Part shown: piece by piece, positions 16,389 to 26,168 of the stretch
Layout: every line of letters starts with the position of its first letter
How positions within the stretch are numbered: the first letter of the stretch is position 1
DNA from: Alteromonadales bacterium
Lineage (GTDB): Bacteria > Pseudomonadota > Gammaproteobacteria > Enterobacterales > GCA-2746155
Assembly (NCBI GenBank): GCA_964228485.1
Contig: CAXRAF010000023.1
Location: 1 to 38,100, forward strand
Reading direction: 5' to 3'
DNA: 38,100 bases
The notes under the pieces: model-generated
The model's database searches: none
What the model was told of the DNA's origin: nothing
The model's input: the letters and a program-made list of their open reading frames with translations, nothing else
Made by a program: the position numbers and the translations under genes

Positions 16389-19187
16389 ATGAATAATTTC
16401 AAGCCAAATAAACTTATGCTCGCAATGTTATCCTCAGGGTTAATCGCTTTAGGCACTTCATCCTTAATAGCTGAGGAGGCAGATGACGAAGAGGAAAAAG
16501 CAGAGGAAGAAAATACCATAACAATCACTGGTTTTCGTGGCAGTATTATAGAATCGATTAATACTAAGCGATATTCAACCAGCGTTGTTGAATCAATCTC
16601 TGCAGAGGATATTGGTAAATTACCAGACTCATCTATTGCTGAATCAATTGCACGTTTACCCGGTATTGCTGCTCAGCGTCTGGATGGTCGAGCTAGCCGC
16701 GTGACAATACGTGGTTTCGGTGAGAATGAATCAGGAACAACATTCAATGGCCGAGAGCAAGTATCTATCTCTGATAACCGGGGTGTAGAGTTTGACTTGT
16801 ACCCATCAGAAATCATGAGCGGTGTTACTGTTTATAAAACACCGGATGCTTCAATCGATGGCGAAGGTATTGCGGGTGTGATTGATCTCCAAACCATCAG
16901 TCCTCTGACTCAAGATGAAAGGGTCATGCAGATCAATGGTCAATATGAGATGACCTCTCTTGAAAAGCTAAACCCGGATGGTCATGATTCTGGCTTCAGA
17001 GGCACGTTTACCTTCGTTGACAAATTTGCTGATGATAAGCTCGGCGTAGCCTTTGCTTATTCTATGATGGAGTCTCCTAATCAGGAAGAACGCTGGAATG
17101 CATGGGGTTATCCTAACTTTGGCGTGGATGGCACTGATTATTATATCTTAGGTGGAGCCAAGCCCTTTGTTCGCTCCTCGCTGTTAGATCGCGATACAGT
17201 GATGCTTGTTGTCGAAGCTGCGCCTACTGAAAATCTTAAAGTTACTTTCGATGCATTAAATGTAAACTTTCTAGATGAAAAACGTCTGCGTGGTATTGAA
17301 ATACCATTTGCATGGGGGCAGGGCGCTGTATCCGCCAATACGGTTGAGTCGAATGGCTTTATCTCATCGGCAACAACAACAGGTCAACGCGTCGTCGTTC
17401 GAAATGACTACGAGACGCGCGAAGCCGATCTAACTAACTTTGGCTTTAACGTTGAGTACACCGTATCTGAAGATCTAAATTTAGAGTTCGATATGAGCAG
17501 TTCAAAAGTTGAACGCGAAATTTACTCATTAGAGAGCTATTCTGGTACTGGTCGTGGTAGCGATCGCGGTGTAGCTGATACGCTGACTTATACCATGGGT
17601 GCTGGCAATGCCGGTGCTACATTTGCTCATGGCCTGAACTATGCAGACTATAACCTGATCCAATTAGGTGGCCCACAATCATGGGGTTGGTCAAGTGCTC
17701 TGAATGATTCTCTTGGTATTACAGGTACTGAGTATGAGAATCAGGCGCAAGATGGCTTCCTGAATACACCGACTATCGATGATGAGTTAAGCTCACTGCG
17801 TTTTGCCGCTGAGCAGGCGCTTGATGGTGATGTCATTTCTAGCCTGACATACGGTGTGTACTACAGAGAGCGTGAGAAGAACAAATCATCGGACGGTTTC
17901 TTCATGACCCTGAGTGCCTTCAGTTATCCTGATAATCCAGGTATGCAGATGGTGCCATCTGAGTATCAATTAGGTACTGTGAGTCTGGATTTCTTGGGTA
18001 TGGGTAACATGATTGCCTATGATCCAATGGCATTGATTGCTAATGGTTACTACACCTTCTTATCTGAATCATTGACCAGTACATCGCACTTAACGCAATC
18101 ATGGAATGTCAAAGAAGAAACAACTTCGCTATTTGTGAAAGCTGACATCAATACAGAGGTTGGTGGTATGCCGCTAACGGGTAATTTTGGTGTCAGATAT
18201 ACACAGACCGATCAGTCTTCCGCAGGATTTGCTGGTAACTTGAATGGTAATGGACGTATCGTGGTATCACCCATCAGTAACTCACATGATTACTCACATG
18301 TGTTGCCAAGCTTGAATCTGGCATTACAGATGGATGACAGTCAAATACTGCGCTTTGGTATTGCCGAGACAATATCGCGCCCACGTATGGATGAGATGAA
18401 TAGTAATGTCTCCATCAACTACAACCAACAACCAGATAACAACGGTAACTATTGGAGTGTAAATGGTGGTAATACTAAGCTCGAGCCAAAAGAGGCATTA
18501 GGCATTGACCTAACTTACGAGAACTACTTCTCTAATGAAGGTTACTTCTCAGTAGCATACTTTTATAAAGATCTCGAACAGTGGATATTTGATGGTAACT
18601 ACTTCCTCGATTTACCTGGTGTAGTTGATCCGAATACTGGCCTGGTTCCACCAACCTCAGGTGCGACTGGCTCAGGTAAGATCAATGCTGGCGGTGGTGA
18701 TCTAAGTGGTTACGAGGTTTCACTCTCTATGCCACTGAGTGAATTCACCGATTCACTGGAAGGATTTGGTGTCATACTAAGCCACACAGGCCTGAGTTCA
18801 AGCATCAAAATTCCTGGAACTGATAATGACTTCCAGCTTCCAGGTTTATCCGATAGCATCTCAACATTTACGATGTACTATGACCTCAATGGCTTCTCAG
18901 CCAGAGCTAGCATGCGTAAGCGTGATGACTTTAAGGGTGATGTATATGGTCTAGGTTTCAGCACCAATCAGGTTGATATCCTAGGCGAGACTATCTGGGA
19001 TGCTCAGATAGGCTATGACTTCGGTCAAGCGGGTGTTGAAGGTTGGGAAGGATTGTCTGTCTTCTTGCAGGCACAGAACCTGACCAACGAGCCATTCACA
19101 TCATATGTGAATGGTGACCCACTGCAGGTACGTGATTATCAGAACTATGGTAAATACTATCTGCTGGGATTCAGCTACAAACTTTAA
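16389..19187 (+). CDS. TonB-dependent outer-membrane receptor (932 aa from ATG 16389)
   Basis: GGGGA sits 8 nt upstream of ATG 16389. Signal peptide MNNFKPNKLMLAMLSSGLIALGTSSLIA, acidic linker, plug region NTITITGFRGS...VESISAEDIGKLPDSSIAESIARLPGI, and a long beta-barrel. Confidence 0.92.
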   Translation: MNNFKPNKLMLAMLSSGLIALGTSSLIAEEADDEEEKAEEENTITITGFRGSIIESINTKRYSTSVVESISAEDIGKLPDSSIAESIARLPGIAAQRLDGRASRVTIRGFGENESGTTFNGREQVSISDNRGVEFDLYPSEIMSGVTVYKTPDASIDGEGIAGVIDLQTISPLTQDERVMQINGQYEMTSLEKLNPDGHDSGFRGTFTFVDKFADDKLGVAFAYSMMESPNQEERWNAWGYPNFGVDGTDYYILGGAKPFVRSSLLDRDTVMLVVEAAPTENLKVTFDALNVNFLDEKRLRGIEIPFAWGQGAVSANTVESNGFISSATTTGQRVVVRNDYETREADLTNFGFNVEYTVSEDLNLEFDMSSSKVEREIYSLESYSGTGRGSDRGVADTLTYTMGAGNAGATFAHGLNYADYNLIQLGGPQSWGWSSALNDSLGITGTEYENQAQDGFLNTPTIDDELSSLRFAAEQALDGDVISSLTYGVYYREREKNKSSDGFFMTLSAFSYPDNPGMQMVPSEYQLGTVSLDFLGMGNMIAYDPMALIANGYYTFLSESLTSTSHLTQSWNVKEETTSLFVKADINTEVGGMPLTGNFGVRYTQTDQSSAGFAGNLNGNGRIVVSPISNSHDYSHVLPSLNLALQMDDSQILRFGIAETISRPRMDEMNSNVSINYNQQPDNNGNYWSVNGGNTKLEPKEALGIDLTYENYFSNEGYFSVAYFYKDLEQWIFDGNYFLDLPGVVDPNTGLVPPTSGATGSGKINAGGGDLSGYEVSLSMPLSEFTDSLEGFGVILSHTGLSSSIKIPGTDNDFQLPGLSDSISTFTMYYDLNGFSARASMRKRDDFKGDVYGLGFSTNQVDILGETIWDAQIGYDFGQAGVEGWEGLSVFLQAQNLTNEPFTSYVNGDPLQVRDYQNYGKYYLLGFSYKL

Positions 19188-19213
19188 TTTAATTTTTGTC
19201 TCCCACAATCTTG

Positions 19214-19248
19214 AGTCCCTTCTAACTTAGGTTATAAGGGACTTTTTT
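19214..19248 (+). terminator. rho-independent terminator after TBDR2
   Basis: 8-bp stem agtccctt / aagggact (19214-21 with 19236-43), 14-nt loop, T6 run. TATAAT follows at 19255-19260. Confidence 0.65.
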
Positions 19249-19305
19249 ATGGGCTATAATCAAGTTCACACTCAAAGTAGCATTCGTTAACAGAGACTGA
19301 GCAGG

Positions 19306-20796
19306 ATGGAAAACAAAGTAGATAATGTAGTCATTGTAGGTGGCGGTAACGCGGGCTGGTTAACTGCTGCGTTGCTCGTTAAAGTACTTGGACGAAGTAT
19401 CAACATACGTCTCATAGAATCCGAAAAGATTGGTATCATCGGGGTGGGCGAAGCCACGATACCTCCCATTATCGCTTATAACAACGCGCTCGGTGTCAAT
19501 GAATCAGATTTTCTCAAGGCCACGAAAGGTACAATCAAGCTAGGCATACAATTTGAGAATTGGGGCAAAATTGGCGACAGTTATATGCATGCCTTTGGTG
19601 ACATTGGCAAAAACTTTCCCTTCTGTGAATTCCATCATTTCTGGGTAAAAGCATTACAGCTTGGTAAGAAATCAGATTTCTGGGATTATTCTCTTAATTT
19701 CCAAACAGCCACCAATAATAAGTTTTCCAAGCTGGACACGCTTGAGGGCACAAACCTGCCCGGAATCCAGTATGCCTATCATTTTGATGCTTCGCTGTAC
19801 GCAAAATATCTGCGTGAAATCAGTGAAAAGCAAGGCGTTAAACGTATCGAAGGGATCATCAATCAGGTCAGCCTGAATGCAAACAATGGTTACGTTGAGT
19901 CGGTGACACTCGAGGATGGTACTGAGGTGACTGGTGATTTATTTGTCGACTGTACCGGTTTACATGGTTTGCTAATCGAGAAAACACTGAATACCGGATA
20001 TGTTGACTGGAATCATTGGCTACCCTGTGACCGTGCTGTCGCGATGCCAAGTGAGAACGAGGATAGAATTCGACCCTATACCCGTGCCATGGCGCAACCC
20101 GTTGGCTGGCAATGGCAAATCCCACTACAACACCGAACTGGTAATGGCTTAGTCTATTCGAGTAAACACCTATCCGATGATGAAGCAGTGCAGCGTCTTA
20201 AAGATAATATACAAACTGAAATTATCGGCGAGCCGAATCTGATCCGCTATCGTACTGGGCGCAGAAGAAAACAGTGGAATAAGAATGTTGTATGTGTCGG
20301 TTTATCTGCTGGCTTTTTCGAGCCACTTGAATCAACAAACTTACATCTGATCCAGACCGGTGCTATTCGATTACTAAAATTCTTCCCACACAATGGCATA
20401 CAGAGCAGTGAGGTCGAAGAATACAACCGACGTTCTCAGGATGAGTACGAGCGTATACGAGATTTTATTATTCTGCACTATAAACAAAATATGAGAGACG
20501 ACACCGACTTTTGGCGTCAGTGTCAACAGATGGAAATCCCCGACACGCTCAAGTTGAAAATGGATCTATTTAAGAAAACCGGTAAAGTATTTCGAGAGAT
20601 TGAAGACCTATTTACAGAAATTGCCTGGAAACAGGTATTGATTGGTCAACGAGCAATTCCTGAAGATTATCACCCTATGGTTGATTCACTCACTGATAGT
20701 CAATTATTTGAGTTAATGGATAATTTGAAAACAATCATTGGCGCGAATGTTCAGAAAATGCCGACTCACGAGCAATTTTTATCTCAGTTTAGTTAA
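19306..20796 (+). CDS. flavin-dependent halogenase family protein (tryptophan-halogenase-like), motifs intact
   Basis: Has IVGGGNAGW, GVGEATIPP, the IKLG lysine, GWQWQIPLQ and GFFEPLESTNL. Confidence 0.87.
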   Translation: MENKVDNVVIVGGGNAGWLTAALLVKVLGRSINIRLIESEKIGIIGVGEATIPPIIAYNNALGVNESDFLKATKGTIKLGIQFENWGKIGDSYMHAFGDIGKNFPFCEFHHFWVKALQLGKKSDFWDYSLNFQTATNNKFSKLDTLEGTNLPGIQYAYHFDASLYAKYLREISEKQGVKRIEGIINQVSLNANNGYVESVTLEDGTEVTGDLFVDCTGLHGLLIEKTLNTGYVDWNHWLPCDRAVAMPSENEDRIRPYTRAMAQPVGWQWQIPLQHRTGNGLVYSSKHLSDDEAVQRLKDNIQTEIIGEPNLIRYRTGRRRKQWNKNVVCVGLSAGFFEPLESTNLHLIQTGAIRLLKFFPHNGIQSSEVEEYNRRSQDEYERIRDFIILHYKQNMRDDTDFWRQCQQMEIPDTLKLKMDLFKKTGKVFREIEDLFTEIAWKQVLIGQRAIPEDYHPMVDSLTDSQLFELMDNLKTIIGANVQKMPTHEQFLSQFS

Positions 20797-20798
20797 GC

Positions 20799-22379
20799 AT
20801 GATCCGTACAAGTTGCTCACGAAACATTTTATTATTTGTTACCACGGTATTGGCAATGGCACAGTTAACCGCAGCTGAAGAGTCTATATTTGAGAATCGT
20901 AAGAACGATTGGCGAATTGGTGCTATGACCTACCAAATATTTGTCGATCGATTTGCACCAGCGCGAGACTTGTCTGCCAAAAAGCACCTATATCCTGCCC
21001 CAAAAACATTGAGAGATTGGGCTGAATCGCCAAAGCAGGAGCAGCCATCGGATAGCTCCATATTGTGGACTCATGAGTTAGCATTTTGGGGAGGAGACCT
21101 TAATTCTCTGACACACAAGTTGGATTACATCGACTCGCTCGGCATGGATGTTGTTTATTTAAACCCGATTGTTCAGGCACAATCTAACCATAAGTATGAT
21201 GCCATAGATTTTTTCAAGATTGCTCCAGAGTATGGTGATTTTGATGATCTTAATCAGTTGACCACCGAGCTGAAAAAAAGGGATATGCACCTTATCCTTG
21301 ATGGCGTATTTAATCATGTGGGCTATCAATCTGACTGGTTTCAGAGTGCGTTAAACGATGAAAACTCGCCATTCAGAGGCTGGTTTACCTTTAATGAGAA
21401 ATTACCCAATGGCTTTGTCGGCTGGTGGGGAGTGAAAAATCTTCCGGAGTTGAATTGGGATAATCCTGAGGTGAAAAATACTATCGTCAGTGATGAGAAT
21501 TCAGTGGTTCGTCATTATTTCAAACATGGTATTTCTGGCTGGCGACTCGATGTAGCCTCTGATCTCGGTTTTGAGCACCTGGCTGCCATCACAGCTGCAT
21601 CACATGAGGAGATGGCGGATAGTCTAGTGATAGGTGAAGTGTGGGCCTATCCCGAGAGATGGACCCAGTCTATGGATGCCGTGATGAATTATCCATTACG
21701 AGAATTGACGTTTCTCATGGTGGAAAACAAGTTATCAGGCGAACAATTGGGCCGACAACTAGAATCAATGATCAATGATGCTGGGATAGAGGCGCTACTT
21801 CGCTCATGGTTGATTATCGATAACCACGACACGGCTCGACTGAAAACCCTGTACCCTGATGAAAAACAGCAGCGGTTACTTCAGATACTGCAGATGACAT
21901 TACCCGGTGCGCCACTGATTTATTATGGTGTGGAGCTTGGTATGACTGGTGGTGAGGACCCCGGTAGCCGCGGGCCAATGCGTTGGGACCTCAATATGGA
22001 AGGTAATCAACAGCTTTCATGGCTTAAGAATTTGATTGCCATTAGACAAGAGAATGTGGCGTTAAAAATAGGCGATTTCACTAGGCTCAATTCGTCTAAA
22101 GCGCTGGCATTTATGAGAACTACCGATAAGGTATCTGATACTGTCATGGTGATCGTGAATTCTGATGACAAGCCGCAGTCGGAATATCTCATGATCCGTG
22201 ATTCCAAAATCATGGCCGGTGAGATATTTAAAGATGCTCTCTCAGGGGCGGAATTCAAAAGTCACGCTGGGGTATTACAAATCACTATTCCAGCCCAAAC
22301 AGCATTTATTCTGCGACCGAAAATGTGGCGACAATACCGTAATGAGAGTGGCTATAGTCCGTATAAGAATATCGACTGA
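20799..22379 (+). CDS. periplasmic GH13 alpha-amylase-family glycoside hydrolase
   Basis: Signal peptide, then GH13 conserved regions I LILDGVFNH, II GWRLDVASD, III IGEVW and IV IIDNHD. Starts 2 nt after the halogenase stop. Confidence 0.9.
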   Translation: MIRTSCSRNILLFVTTVLAMAQLTAAEESIFENRKNDWRIGAMTYQIFVDRFAPARDLSAKKHLYPAPKTLRDWAESPKQEQPSDSSILWTHELAFWGGDLNSLTHKLDYIDSLGMDVVYLNPIVQAQSNHKYDAIDFFKIAPEYGDFDDLNQLTTELKKRDMHLILDGVFNHVGYQSDWFQSALNDENSPFRGWFTFNEKLPNGFVGWWGVKNLPELNWDNPEVKNTIVSDENSVVRHYFKHGISGWRLDVASDLGFEHLAAITAASHEEMADSLVIGEVWAYPERWTQSMDAVMNYPLRELTFLMVENKLSGEQLGRQLESMINDAGIEALLRSWLIIDNHDTARLKTLYPDEKQQRLLQILQMTLPGAPLIYYGVELGMTGGEDPGSRGPMRWDLNMEGNQQLSWLKNLIAIRQENVALKIGDFTRLNSSKALAFMRTTDKVSDTVMVIVNSDDKPQSEYLMIRDSKIMAGEIFKDALSGAEFKSHAGVLQITIPAQTAFILRPKMWRQYRNESGYSPYKNID

Positions 22380-22381
22380 AA

Positions 22382-22458
22382 TGGTAGCTACGGGTGGACT
22401 TGAACCACCGACCCCAGCATTATGAATGCTGTGCTCTAACCAGCTGAGCTACGTAGCC
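22382..22458 (-). tRNA. tRNA-Met (CAU), elongator type
   Basis: The reverse complement is GGCTACGTAGCTCAGCTGGTTAGAGCACAGCATTCATAATGCTGGGGTCGGTGGTTCAAGTCCACCCGTAGCTACCA. It folds as a cloverleaf. The first 15 nt are identical to E. coli metT-type tRNA. CCA is encoded. Confidence 0.93.
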
Positions 22459-22483
22459 ATTTCATCTTTTGGAAGAGGCGCGT

Positions 22484-22512
22484 ATTTTGCTAGAACAACA
22501 CTGTTCTGTCAA
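22484..22512 (-). promoter_or_regulatory. candidate promoter for tRNA-Met (TTGACA-N17-CAAAAT with a GC-rich discriminator)
   Basis: On the - strand there is a perfect TTGACA (22512-22507), a 17-nt spacer, CAAAAT (22489-22484), then ACGCGCC. That discriminator is typical of stringently controlled stable-RNA promoters. Confidence 0.45.
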
Positions 22513-22583
22513 TACTTAGTTAATCCTCAAAGCGCTGAATTTTGACTAATAATCCTATTAGTAGTGACGATGCCTAAATAGGC

Positions 22584-23675
22584 TTAAACATTGAAGCGGA
22601 AATGGATAACATCACCGTCCGCAACGATATATTCCTTGCCTTCTAATCGCCATTTTCCCGATGCTTTTGCACCTGCCTCACCATTGTTGGCAATATAGTC
22701 ATCGTAGGAGACTACTTCGGCACGAATGAAGCCTTTTTCAAAATCTGTATGGATTTTACCTGCGGCCTGAGGTGCCGTGGAATTCTTTTTAATCGTCCAG
22801 GCTCTGACCTCTTTTTCGCCGGCGGTGAAGTATGTATGCAGATTCAGTAACTCATATCCAGCACGAATGACTCGATTTAAACCGGGCTCTTCTTGACCGA
22901 TCTCCTGTAAGAATTCAATCTTGTCGTCATCGTCTAATTCTGCCACCTCAGCTTCAATTGAAGCACATACTGGCACTACCATGGCACCTTCCTGACTGGC
23001 GAGTTCACGAACTTGGTCGAGGAGGGGGTTATCTTCAAATCCAGATTCATCAACATTGGCAATATACATGGTTGGCTTATTGGTCAGTAATTGCATTCGT
23101 GAAAGCACTTCAAGCTCTGCTTCATCTAAATCCAAACTTCGGATCGGATGTCCCTGATCGAGTTGCTCTTTTAACTTTTCATAGACACTGATTTGAAACA
23201 GCGCCTCTTTATTGCCAGTTCGGCTGATTTTCAATGCGCGCTGATGCTGTTTATCAACAGATTCATAATCCGCCAGAGCTAATTCGGTATTGATAACTTC
23301 TATATCTGAAAGGGGATCAATTTTGCCCTCGACATGCACCACATCGTCATTCTCAAAACAACGCACGACATGAGCGATGGCATCCGTTTCACGAATGTTG
23401 GCCAGAAACTGATTACCAAGTCCTTCACCTTTCGATGCGCCTGCAACAAGACCGGCTATATCAACAAATTCCATGGTTGTTGGAATAATTTTTTGCGGAT
23501 TGACTATCTTAGCAATGGCATCAATTCGCAGATCAGGCACACCGACAAGGCCGGTATTGGGTTCGATGGTGCAAAAAGGGTAGTTCTGAGCATCGATCCC
23601 AGCGTTTGTAAGTGCGTTGAAGAGGGTAGACTTTCCGACATTGGGTAAGCCTACGATTCCACAATTAAATCCCAT
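22584..23675 (-). CDS. ychF: redox-regulated ribosome-binding ATPase YchF
   Basis: [24 protein letters not shown]-loop and a C-terminal TGS-like ...[18 protein letters not shown]. Confidence 0.95.
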   Translation of the reverse strand: MGFNCGIVGLPNVGKSTLFNALTNAGIDAQNYPFCTIEPNTGLVGVPDLRIDAIAKIVNPQKIIPTTMEFVDIAGLVAGASKGEGLGNQFLANIRETDAIAHVVRCFENDDVVHVEGKIDPLSDIEVINTELALADYESVDKQHQRALKISRTGNKEALFQISVYEKLKEQLDQGHPIRSLDLDEAELEVLSRMQLLTNKPTMYIANVDESGFEDNPLLDQVRELASQEGAMVVPVCASIEAEVAELDDDDKIEFLQEIGQEEPGLNRVIRAGYELLNLHTYFTAGEKEVRAWTIKKNSTAPQAAGKIHTDFEKGFIRAEVVSYDDYIANNGEAGAKASGKWRLEGKEYIVADGDVIHFRFNV

Positions 23676-24262
23676 CAGGGCGTCTCCTGTGTATGAAGTG
23701 CGTTCATTGCTTTGGCGATATCACCTGTGACAATCGACTCCAGATATCGGTGTGCTTCATCAATCGAGTCGACAATCTTTTGTTTGTCTGCGCTGGATGG
23801 ATTCTTCAGAACGTAGTTATGTACTTTAGACTTATCACCCGGATGGCCAATGCCAATTCTGAGACGAGTGAAGTCCTTGGCACCACCTAGTTTCTGGATG
23901 ATGTCGCGTAAACCGTTATGACCACCATGGCCACCTGCAACTTTTATCCTGGCCACACCGGCATCAAAATCCAGCTCATCATGGGCGACCAAAATCTCTT
24001 CTGGAGCAATCTTGTAGAACTGACAGATCGCTTGCACCGCTAATCCTGAGCGATTCATAAAGGTTGTTGGATTCAGCAAATATACCGTTTGATTGGCAAT
24101 AATGACTTTAGCGAACAAACCATGAAATTTAGTTTCTGCTTTCAATGGCGTTTGCTCACTCGCAGCGATTTTCTCGACGAACCACGCGCCGGCGTTGTGT
24201 CTGGTGTCGATATAATTAGGGCCGGGATTCCCCAGCCCTATGATGAGTTTGATGGTACTCAT
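23675..24262 (-). CDS. pth: peptidyl-tRNA hydrolase
   Basis: [20 protein letters not shown] and HDELDF...[12 protein letters not shown] motifs. Confidence 0.95.
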   Translation of the reverse strand: MSTIKLIIGLGNPGPNYIDTRHNAGAWFVEKIAASEQTPLKAETKFHGLFAKVIIANQTVYLLNPTTFMNRSGLAVQAICQFYKIAPEEILVAHDELDFDAGVARIKVAGGHGGHNGLRDIIQKLGGAKDFTRLRIGIGHPGDKSKVHNYVLKNPSSADKQKIVDSIDEAHRYLESIVTGDIAKAMNALHTQETP

Positions 24263-24278
24263 GTACCTCTACTGAAGA

Positions 24279-24950
24279 TTACTCTTCAGTATCACCTTCT
24301 TCAGCTGCAGGTGCTTCTGGAGCTTCTGGTGCTGCTGCATCATCAGCAGACGCTTCAGTTGTTGAAGAGCCACCACGGTGCAAGATACTTACCACTGGTA
24401 AGTCATGATCTTCACCATGAGACAAGGCAACTGATTCAACACCTTCCGGCAGTGATAGGTCAGAAATGTGAAGGCTTGAGCCAATTTCTAGTGCTTCAAC
24501 ATCAACCTCGATGTACTCAGGAAGATCTTTCGGCAAGCAGCTTACTTCAAGCTCATTGATCTGATGCGAGATGATACCGCCTTCTTTAAATCCAGCACAC
24601 TTGCTTTCGTTGATGAAGTGCATTGGTACGCTCTTTGTCAGCTTCTTACGTGAGTTAATGCGTTGGAAATCCATGTGCATTACTTTGGGCTTCCATGGGT
24701 GACGCTGAATGTCACGTAGAATCGCGCGCTGCTTTTTACCGTTCGCAACAAGTGTTAATACTTGCGAGTAAAATGCTTCGTGCTCAAGATGTTGGATAAC
24801 CTCGTTGTGGTCTAAAACCAGCGACTGAGGCTCCTTTGTATCACCATATAAAATGGCAGGGACCTTCCCTTCGTGACGCAGGCGGCGGCTCGCTCCTTTT
24901 CCCGATTCATCACGGAGTTCAGCATGAATTACAAATGGTTCAATTTTCAT
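24279..24950 (-). CDS. rplY: 50S ribosomal protein L25 / general stress protein Ctc (long form)
   Basis: AELRDESGKGASRRLRHEGKVPAILYG N-terminus with a Ctc-type C-terminal domain and an acidic Ala/Pro tail. Confidence 0.9.
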   Translation of the reverse strand: MKIEPFVIHAELRDESGKGASRRLRHEGKVPAILYGDTKEPQSLVLDHNEVIQHLEHEAFYSQVLTLVANGKKQRAILRDIQRHPWKPKVMHMDFQRINSRKKLTKSVPMHFINESKCAGFKEGGIISHQINELEVSCLPKDLPEYIEVDVEALEIGSSLHISDLSLPEGVESVALSHGEDHDLPVVSILHRGGSSTTEASADDAAAPEAPEAPAAEEGDTEE

Positions 24951-24983
24951 TGTGCTTCTCCAAAAAATAGACCGTTAGGTCGT

Positions 24984-25018
24984 AAAAAACTCAGGATCCG
25001 CGACCAGATACCTGAGTT
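24984..25018 (-). terminator. hairpin terminator/attenuator between prs and rplY
   Basis: On the - strand: aactcagg-(15 nt)-cctgagtt followed by a T6 run (plus-strand aaaaaa at 24984-24989). Confidence 0.55.
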
Positions 25019-25063
25019 CACACAGTGCTCGTACTGAGCAATTATTAAGGACTAGGCGTTAGC

Positions 25064-26011
25064 TTAGTCCAGAAACATTGAGCTGAGTGATTCTTCTGTG
25101 TTCACACGGCGAACCGCCTCAGCCAGCATATTAGCCAGAGAAATCTGACGAATTCGACTACATCCCTGAGCTGCTTCGCTCAATGGAATAGTGTCTGTTA
25201 CTACTAACTCATCTAATTGTGAGTTACTGATATTATCAATCGCCTTACCCGATAGTACTGGGTGGGTACAGTAGGCTAATACTTCCTTAGCCCCCTGTGA
25301 CTTCAGAGCGCCAGCTGCAGTACACAAAGTACCCGCTGTATCGACAATATCATCTACGATAATGCATGTCTTACCTTCAACATTACCGATAATATTCATT
25401 ACTTCCGCGCGATTCGGACCGGGCCGACGTTTATCAATGATCGCCAGGTCGATATCCTGTAATCGCTTCGCCACTGCGCGAGCACGAATTACACCGCCGA
25501 CGTCTGGTGATACCACAATCGGATCATCCAAATGCTTTTTGTTGATGTCATGCAGCATAATGGGCGTGGCGTATACGTTATCTACAGGAAAATCGAAAAA
25601 GCCCTGTATCTGGTCCGCGTGTAAGTCAACCGTTAGTACACGATTGATACCCACAATTGCTAACATGTCAGCAACAACTTTAGCACTGATAGCGACGCGA
25701 GCAGAGCGTACTCTGCGATCCTGACGTGCGTAACCGAAGTAGGGCACGACCGCCGTTATTCGAGCAGCTGATGCGCGTCTCAGTGCATCGGCCATAATAA
25801 TCAGTTCCATGAGATTTTCATTCGCAGGTGAACAGGTGGATTGGATAATGAATACATCCTGACCACGAACATTCTCATTAATCTCTACGTTAATCTCACC
25901 GTCGCTAAAGCGACCAAGTTTAACTTCTGAGAGAGAGACACCCAGGTAACTGCTGATATCCTCAGCCAGTTTTGGAGTGGCATTGCCACCGAAAATCATC
26001 ATATCTGACAT
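25064..26011 (-). CDS. prs: ribose-phosphate pyrophosphokinase
   Basis: Full-length PRPP synthetase, including [13 protein letters not shown] and the PRPP-binding loop [14 protein letters not shown]. Confidence 0.96.
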   Translation of the reverse strand: MSDMMIFGGNATPKLAEDISSYLGVSLSEVKLGRFSDGEINVEINENVRGQDVFIIQSTCSPANENLMELIIMADALRRASAARITAVVPYFGYARQDRRVRSARVAISAKVVADMLAIVGINRVLTVDLHADQIQGFFDFPVDNVYATPIMLHDINKKHLDDPIVVSPDVGGVIRARAVAKRLQDIDLAIIDKRRPGPNRAEVMNIIGNVEGKTCIIVDDIVDTAGTLCTAAGALKSQGAKEVLAYCTHPVLSGKAIDNISNSQLDELVVTDTIPLSEAAQGCSRIRQISLANMLAEAVRRVNTEESLSSMFLD

Positions 26012-26073
26012 GGTAAAAACCGATATCTATTTAAGTTAAAAAGGGCGTAGTCTTGCGAATACACCCTGAAAAA

Positions 26074-26148
26074 TGGCTGGGACGGGAGGATTCGAACCTC
26101 CGAATGACAGGATCAAAACCTGTTGTCTTGCCGCTTGACGACGTCCCA
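26074..26148 (-). tRNA. tRNA-Gln (UUG)
   Basis: The reverse complement is TGGGACGTCGTCAAGCGGCAAGACAACAGGTTTTGATCCTGTCATTCGGAGGTTCGAATCCTCCCGTCCCAGCCA. It has the U1:A72 pair and an anticodon loop TT-TTG-AT. Its position between prs and ispE is as in Pseudomonas. Confidence 0.93.
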
Positions 26149-26168
26149 ATAATTTCTCAATCCCCGGA

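Noticed and set aside
22198-22425. A 75-aa + strand ORF running from inside the GH13 gene across the tRNA-Met gene.
   Set aside because: It overlaps a clear tRNA gene and an out-of-frame GH13 3' end, so it is spurious.
22382-22458. Considered whether the CAU-anticodon tRNA is an initiator tRNA-fMet or tRNA-Ile2 (lysidine type).
   Set aside because: It lacks the initiator hallmarks: no C1xA72 mismatch (it has G1:U72) and no three consecutive G:C pairs in the anticodon stem. The 5' half is near-identical to elongator metT-type tRNA rather than ileX.
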